Program-made: the position numbers and the translations under genes
Shown here: in pieces, positions 52,267 to 64,000 of the stretch
Position numbering within the stretch: the first letter of the stretch is position 1
How the letters are laid out: each line of letters begins with the position of its first letter
Source of the DNA: Neocallimastix sp. 'constans'
Lineage: Eukaryota
Length of the DNA: 64,000 bases
Assembly (NCBI GenBank): GCA_050613775.1
Contig: JBODTK010000011.1
Location: 1,178,001 to 1,242,000, forward strand
Direction of reading: 5' to 3'
Notes under the pieces: model-generated
What the model saw: the letters and a program-made list of their open reading frames with translations, nothing else
The model's database searches: none
What the model was told of the DNA's origin: nothing

Positions 52267-54147
52267 TTCTTGATACGGGATGAATAAATAAATATAAAAA
52301 TTAATAAATTTAGAAAAATAATGTTAAGATAATAACTGAATTTCAATTCAATTTCAATTTCGATAATTCAGTTAATTGAACTTCAATATTAATAAATAAT
52401 AATATAATAATTATTATTAAATTAACTTTATTAAAATATTTAGGAATTAGTCTAGGCCAACTAATTACTAAATATTATTAACATATTGAAATTAATATAT
52501 ATTAAATAATGTAAACACGTGATTGTCATATTTAATTAATTTCTACATATTATATTTTAATTATTAAATATAGTATTTAGCTATATTAGATTTTTATATT
52601 TTATTTATATTAAATATTTATATTATTATCTTATTTTATATTATCAATATCAAACTTATATTAATACTATTACATATTCATATTAATAATTAATATTTTA
52701 ATAATTAATTATTTTATATAAATACATGTTTAAATCTTTTGATTAATCCTTTGTAGGATTATTGTAATTTAAATTATAGTAATAATTATATAAAATAATA
52801 ATGTAATAAAATATTATTAAGATTAAATAAAATTTATATTTTAAATAAAAACTTAATTATAAGATTTACTAATAACAATATGTTTTAAATAAGAGTAAAA
52901 TTAAATTATTAATTAATTACTATAATTTGGCATCTTGACCTAATCGTTAAGACCAAATTATCCTAAAAACTTTAACAATAATCCTACCAACAATATATCG
53001 ATTGCCTCAAGATGTCTAAAATAACTAGTAACGCTACTTCTGTATCATTCACAATAGATGATACAAATAAATTAGAAGAAATAAAGAAAGATTACATTTC
53101 TATTGAAGAATACAATGGGTTTGTTAATAAAGTTACAAAGGAAGTTAATGCTCAGTTATCAATACTTATTAAAGCCCAAAAACAGGCTTGTGCCCTTAGG
53201 TCTAAAGTCCTAAAGTCAATAGAAAATCGTTCTATAGATATGAATACTGCTCAGAATGTCTTAGATCAAATCAATAAAATACTTCTTCAAAATAAAGCGA
53301 GTTCGTTACATTATATTAAGCTAAATAGGTCCTTTAAATATTTAGATCCTAAAATAAATTATAAAAAATCAAAAGGAAACACTGATAATAGAATTAATGT
53401 GATTGATAAAGATAAAAACATTAATAAAGAATCTATCCAAATCAAGACTTCCGAAAATTCGAGAAATAATATTAATTCTATAAAAAATCAACCCATTTGT
53501 AACGAATCTTAAAAAATTAGAAATTAGAATGCTGGCATAGTGGTTAGTCACTATGACCTCAGCCTGAACCACTATGGTTCGACTCACACCTTTGCTAAAA
53601 TTTTATATCATTTAAATTTTAAAGAATTTTTATACTTCATTTCTGTATTTGTTTCTGTATTTGTTTCTGTATAAATTTCTGAAAAAATTAACAAAAGAAA
53701 TTCTTAGAAATTAATAGAAACAAATCAGATAGAAATTCTATTTTAATTTATCTTTTATCATTATTTCTTTTAGATTCTTTTTAACCGAAAATAATCAATT
53801 TTTATGAAACTTTTTAATGATTTTATGGTTTTAAATTTTTATGGATTTAAATTTTGAAAAACTATAAATAGGAGTGAATTTCGCAGCCAAAAAAAAAAAT
53901 ATTCTAAAAATTGTGTTTTTATTAATTATTGAATTAATTAATAAGTAATTCGAAATATTACAATAGTTAATCTTTATAATTAATATTTTTAAATTTCTTA
54001 ATTAATAAAACTATATTTTAAAAAACCAAATTACTTATTAATCAAAAAGTGCTTACCTATTGTGTTACACTCTTTAAAACACGGATATTCCAATATTCGT
54101 TACAATAAAAACACCACTAAACTAAGCACAATACCTTTGCACTTTTA

Positions 54148-54360
54148 CTCTTTTTGGAACCCCGTTAAGGAATCCCATTTTCTACTACTATTTTTGGAAC
54201 ACCGTTAAGGAATCCCATTTACTACTATTCTTTTTTGGAACCCCGTTAAGGAATCCCATTCTCTACTACTCTTTTTGGAACCCCGTTAAGTAATCCCATT
54301 CTCTATTACTCTTTTTGGAACCCCGTTAAGGAATCCCATTTTCTACTATTTTTGAAACCA
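54148..54360. repeat. ~40-bp tandem repeat (5 copies) in the chromovirus leader
   Basis: tttttggaaccccgttaaggaatcccatt at about 54151, 54191, 54232, 54272 and 54312. Confidence 0.92.
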
Positions 54361-54583
54361 CTTACCAAGACTATAAATTTTTCTACCAAAATTCATGCAT
54401 GAATTTATAAATTCAATCGGAACCCTTGAATTTTACTATATATTAAAATTATTAATATTTTCAATAATCCATATAGCCATCCTTGAAATTAAAATTATTT
54501 ATATTGAAATTAAATATTTACTTCTTCTAATAATTAATTATATTGTATATTTATTATTCAATCAAAATTAATGATTATAATAA

Positions 54584-54630
<47 letters not shown>

Positions 54631-54923
54631 AGTAATAATTAATATTTAATAATTAATATTTAAAAATTAATAATAATAATTAATAATCAATAATTAGTAA
54701 TAATTAATAATTAATAATTAATAATAATAATAATCAATATTCAATAATTAGTAATAATTAATAGTAATAATCAATATTCAATAATTAGTAATAATTAATA
54801 GTAATAATCAATATTCAATAATTAGTAATAATTAATAATAATAATTAATAATAATTAGTAATAATCAATATTTAATAATTAATAATAATTAATAATTAAT
54901 AATTAATAATTAGTAATCAATAA

Positions 54924-59144
<4,221 letters not shown>

Positions 59145-59213
59145 ATATAAATCATTTAATCAAAAATAAATTTTATTTCATCAAAATACTATTAATCATT
59201 CTAACTTATGATT

Positions 59214-59244
<31 letters not shown>

Positions 59245-60791
59245 TTATTTTATATTATTCAAAAACATTTATTCTAGATAGTTTTATTTTTATACTTTAT
59301 TTTTAAAACTTAAAATTCATGTAATTTTTATTATCCAATGTATTAATTAAATTATCACTCTTATAAGTATTTTAGTTATAGTTTATTATTATAAAAGTTA
59401 GAATTAGAAATAGTTTAGATTTAAAGTAAAAGATTCGTCTGGCATCCGAATCCTAGAGGAGGACCATGTAACGAATCTTAAAAAATTAGAAATTAGAATG
59501 CTGGCATAGTGGTTAGTCACTATGACCTCAGCCTGAACCACTAGGGTTCGACTCACACCTTTACTAAAATTTTATATCATTTAAATTTTAAAGAATTTTT
59601 ATACTTCATTTCTGTATTTGTTTCTGTATTTGTTTCTGTATAAATTTCTGAAAAAATTAACAAAAGAAATTCTTAGAAATTAATAGAAACAAATCAGATA
59701 GAAATTCTATTTTAATTTATCTTTTATCATTATTTCTTTTAGATTCTTTTTAACCGAAAATAATCAATTTTTATGAAACTTTTTAATGATTTTATGGTTT
59801 TAAATTTTTATGGATTTAAATTTTGAAAAACTATAAATAGGAGTGAATTTCGCAGCCAAAAAAAAAAATATTCTAAAAATTGTGTTTTTATTAATTATTG
59901 AATTAATTAATAAGTAATTCGAAATATTACAATAGTTAATCTTTATAATTAATATTTTTAAATTTCTTAATTAATAAAACTATATTTTAAAAAACCAAAT
60001 TACTTATTAATCAAAAAGTGCTTACCTATTGTGTTACACTCTTTAAAACACGGATATTCCAATATTCGTTACACCATTAAGGAAAATCAATCTTTCAATA
60101 ATGAAATTTCTTTCAAAAATCAAGTTTATTTTACTTATAACAATCAATTAAATATTAATGAAAATAATAAAGAAATAGCAAATAAATATAATAAATATTC
60201 TAAAATAAATATAATTAAGAAGGTTAATAATAAATTGAAAGTTAAGCATAACCTAAATCAAGGTAATAATTTAACATATAAGAACAACATTAGTGTTACC
60301 AAGGTTAAACCAAAACTAGAAACAAGTATCTCAAACCACAATTATAAAAATTATAATAGTAAAACAGTTGTAGTATTAATTTCATTTGTCTTAAAGATCA
60401 TCATTTCCAAGTTTAAAATGAGAAAAATAAAGGCACATTCTCATGAATCAGATTTTTCTCCACCATATCATGTAAATACGAAGAATAATACAATTAACAA
60501 ACACTTTGTTGATGATAATTAATTTACTATTTAAATTAAAACGATACTGCACTGGTAGATTTTATAATCTTCGATTATTATTTACATTTGAATATACATT
60601 AATAATTAATTATAGTTATTAATAAATAACTTTAATTATAATAATACTAAATTTGGATATAAAATAAACTACTATAATTTTATTTTACATAACATTAAAA
60701 CTTTCAATTATTAAAATCAATTTTTTTATATCAATTTACCAAAATCTAATATTAAAATAATTATTAAAACTTTCAATTAATGAATTATTCT

Positions 60792-60822
<31 letters not shown>

Positions 60823-63540
60823 TATTCAGTAGGAATCAATATTTGAGATTAATAATTTTTCTTTAAAATCAAAAACCTTAATTATATTATAATTAAACAG
60901 TTGAAAACAATCAACTTTTCCCTTCTTTTACATTTAATTAATATTCTCTACAAGAGCTATAATTAAAATTTTAAGATTTATATAGTTATTAAATTAATAC
61001 TAGTTAAAATTTAATAATAAAGTATAATTTATAATCTTAACATTTTCAACATTTCCAAATAGATTAATCAAAATTTGTTTAATATTATATTGAAAAGGAC
61101 GCTTTTCTCTATAATACTCTTTGATAATAAAATAATTATGATAAGGACGCTTACATAATTATTATCGTTAATAATAAACTAAATTGAATATTATGATATA
61201 TTCAATAGTTTAATTGATAAATTTTCAATTACAATTTCAAAATTTAGAAAATTATAAATTATAAATTTTAAAATTTCAAATTTCGACATTTAAAAATTTC
61301 ACATTACGAAATTTCAAAATTTAATAAAAATTATATATTCAACTATTTAATAGTAATTTTAAATTTTAATATATTTATTATTTACTATATTTTTAAAATT
61401 TTCAATAATTTCAAAGTTAATGGTAAAAATTGAAATGTTAATTTCAATTAAATTTCAAAATTTCAATTTCAAAAATTTACAAGGGAATATATTTTAAAAA
61501 TGGTACCACCACATTTCAAAATATTGAATTTCATAATAAAATTTTAATTTTAACAAATTATGACAAATTTTAAATTTCATTGAAATTGTCACTTAAAAGG
61601 TCTTCTCCAAAGGATTCAAGTGACCTTTTAATTCCTTAATTACTTTAAAAAAATTAAAAATTTTTTCTTTAATAACTTTAAAAATCTTTTTTTTTTTAAC
61701 AATGTTACACAAATCGTCTGGAATCCGATTTTTGTGGAAGGGCATTGTTAAGATAATAACTGAATTTCAATTCAATTTCAATTTCGATAATTCAGTTATT
61801 TGAACTTCAATATTAATAAATAATAATATAATAATTATTATTAAATTAACTTTATTAAAATATTTAGGAATTAGTCTAGGCCAACTAATTACTAAATATT
61901 ATTAACATATTGAAATTAATATATATTAAATAATGTAAACACGTGATTGTCATATTAAATTAATTTCTACATATTATATTTTAATTATTAAATATAGTAT
62001 TTAGCTATATTAGATTTTTATATTTTATTTATATTAAATATTTATATTATTATCTTATTTTATATTATCAATATCAAACTTATATTAATACTATTACATA
62101 TTCATATTAATAATTAATATTTTAATAATTAATTATTTTATATAAATACATGTTTAAATCTTTTGATTAATCCTTTGTAGGATTATTGTAATTTAAATTA
62201 TAGTAATAATTATATAAAATAATGTAATAAAATATTATTAAGATTAAATAAAATTTATATTTTAAATAAAAACTTAATTATAAGATTTACTAATAACAAT
62301 ATGTTTTAAATAAGAGTAAAATTAAATTATTAATTAATTACTATAATTTGGCATCTTGACCTAATCGTTAAGACCAAATTATCCTAAAAACTTTAACAAA
62401 TAATAAAATAAAATTTAATTAAAGTTAAAATAAAAATTATATAGTTTAAAATAATAATAAACAATAAAAAAAAAAATTAAAAATAAATAAATTAAAATAA
62501 GAATTATTAAAAAAAAAATGATAATAATAGTTTAGAGATAGAGAAAATAAATATAATTAAAAGGTCTTAGAGAGAGGCCTTAATTGAGATTTTTAGTTAG
62601 TAATAATTAGTAAAATAAAATAATAAAAGTAATGTTAAAAATGTAATTAATGTAAAATTTAAATAATTATAAATAAAGTATTAAATATATAATAATAAAA
62701 TATTTAAGTTTTATTTAATATAATTATTGTGTTAAAATTATTAATTGTTTTATTAGAATATATTAATTTTCCTCAAATAAAATATTGCAAGTCCCATAAA
62801 AGTATACGCTTATAAAAATATCGTATCATTTGTGATATGAAATAGGAATTTATCTTGTTTCCCATTTCATAACTATTATGATTTTTATACTTGTCCATAA
62901 CAAGTCTTTATATATTTAAATAATAACACTTAAATAAAAATATTTAATTCATTTTTAAATAAAATATTGTTTTATTAATATTCTAATATTTATAGGTAAT
63001 TAGTAAACCTTTAATACAATTCTTTTATAACATAATTCTAATAATCAAAATATAAAATTAATCAATAATAATTCTAATTTTATTAAAATATTATATACTA
63101 ATTTTACTGGATAATTAGGAACATTTATTAAAGTATTATTTCTAATAACTATTTATACTAATTCTTCATTTTAAAGTTATGTTTATAAACAATTATTTAT
63201 AAAATTATTTAACTATTTAATATTTATAATATATTTATTTCTTATTTTTCTTATTAACTTTATTTATATTAATTATTAATTAAATATTTCGTTTCTTATC
63301 ATTTGATAAATTTTAGAAATTATCTTAATTTTAATGTAGAATTAAAAAGTGATAATTTCTATTTATTTTAATAATAACTGTATAAGTTATTTATGAATTA
63401 AAAATGTTTTATTAAAAATAACACTAAAAATTGATTTATTAGAACACTTGTTTTCTAATATTTAATTTTATAAATCTTTTATTAAAATTTATTAAACATT
63501 ATAAAATTTAAAGTGATTATTAAAATTATAAAATTAATTA

Positions 63541-63571
<31 letters not shown>

Positions 63572-64000
63572 TTTACATGAAATATTTACAAGTATTTATA
63601 TTTTTCTTTAAAATTAAACTATTTATAATTTATAAATAAAAAGAATAATTAAATAAAATAAAAGTAATAAAATTAATAATAAAATAAATATTTAATAATA
63701 AAATAAATAAATTTGTTTATTATAAAAATAATTAAAAATATTTTGTTATTTAAATTAATTAATTTGTTATTATAAAAATATTATTTAATTATAAAATTAA
63801 TTATAAAAATTATTATAAAACTAATTATAAAAATTAATTATTTTATTTTAAATTTAATCTTAATATTTTTATTTTGAAAAATATATAATATTTCCTTCAT
63901 ATCTGAGTATTAATGTAATTTTTAAGTGTAATTTATTTGTTTTAATTAATTAATTAATTTTTTTTTTTATTTTATTAAATTATTATTAAACTTTGCTAAG

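Noticed and set aside
53526..53596. Functional tRNA gene in the LTR
   Set aside because: Acceptor and T stems do not pair; reported only as A/B box-like
54148..54360. CRISPR-like look of the 40-bp repeats
   Set aside because: Intervening bases are near-identical, so it is a tandem repeat; eukaryotic retroelement context and no cas genes

Overview
Extremely AT-rich eukaryotic DNA. The composition and retroelement content resemble anaerobic gut fungi (Neocallimastigomycota), which is inference only. The window is almost entirely Ty3/Gypsy LTR retrotransposon sequence: six elements with gag and/or pol coding sequence (A-E plus an apparently intact chromovirus at 53498-60073), one LTR element carrying a single orphan ORF instead of gag/pol (52322-62398), and about 20 solo or partial LTRs. 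The only clear host gene is tRNA-Ser(GCT) on the minus strand (46764-46845). Main observation: LTRs of several unrelated families abut end to end with 1-11 bp spacers. One stack starts 16 bp upstream of the tRNA, some spacers repeat the tRNA upstream sequence, and some target-site duplications (TSDs) include the first bases of the neighbouring LTR. This suggests repeated Ty3-like integration at a fixed Pol III start site. Other signals: Tf1-type self-priming sites in three families, a -1 frameshift site with a likely pseudoknot, tRNA-like A/B boxes inside the chromovirus LTR, and a 3' hairpin shared by the chromovirus and the orphan-ORF element. Family letters (F, G, K, N, S) are my own labels. 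Coordinates were counted by hand and may be off by a few bases, and similarities were judged by eye.
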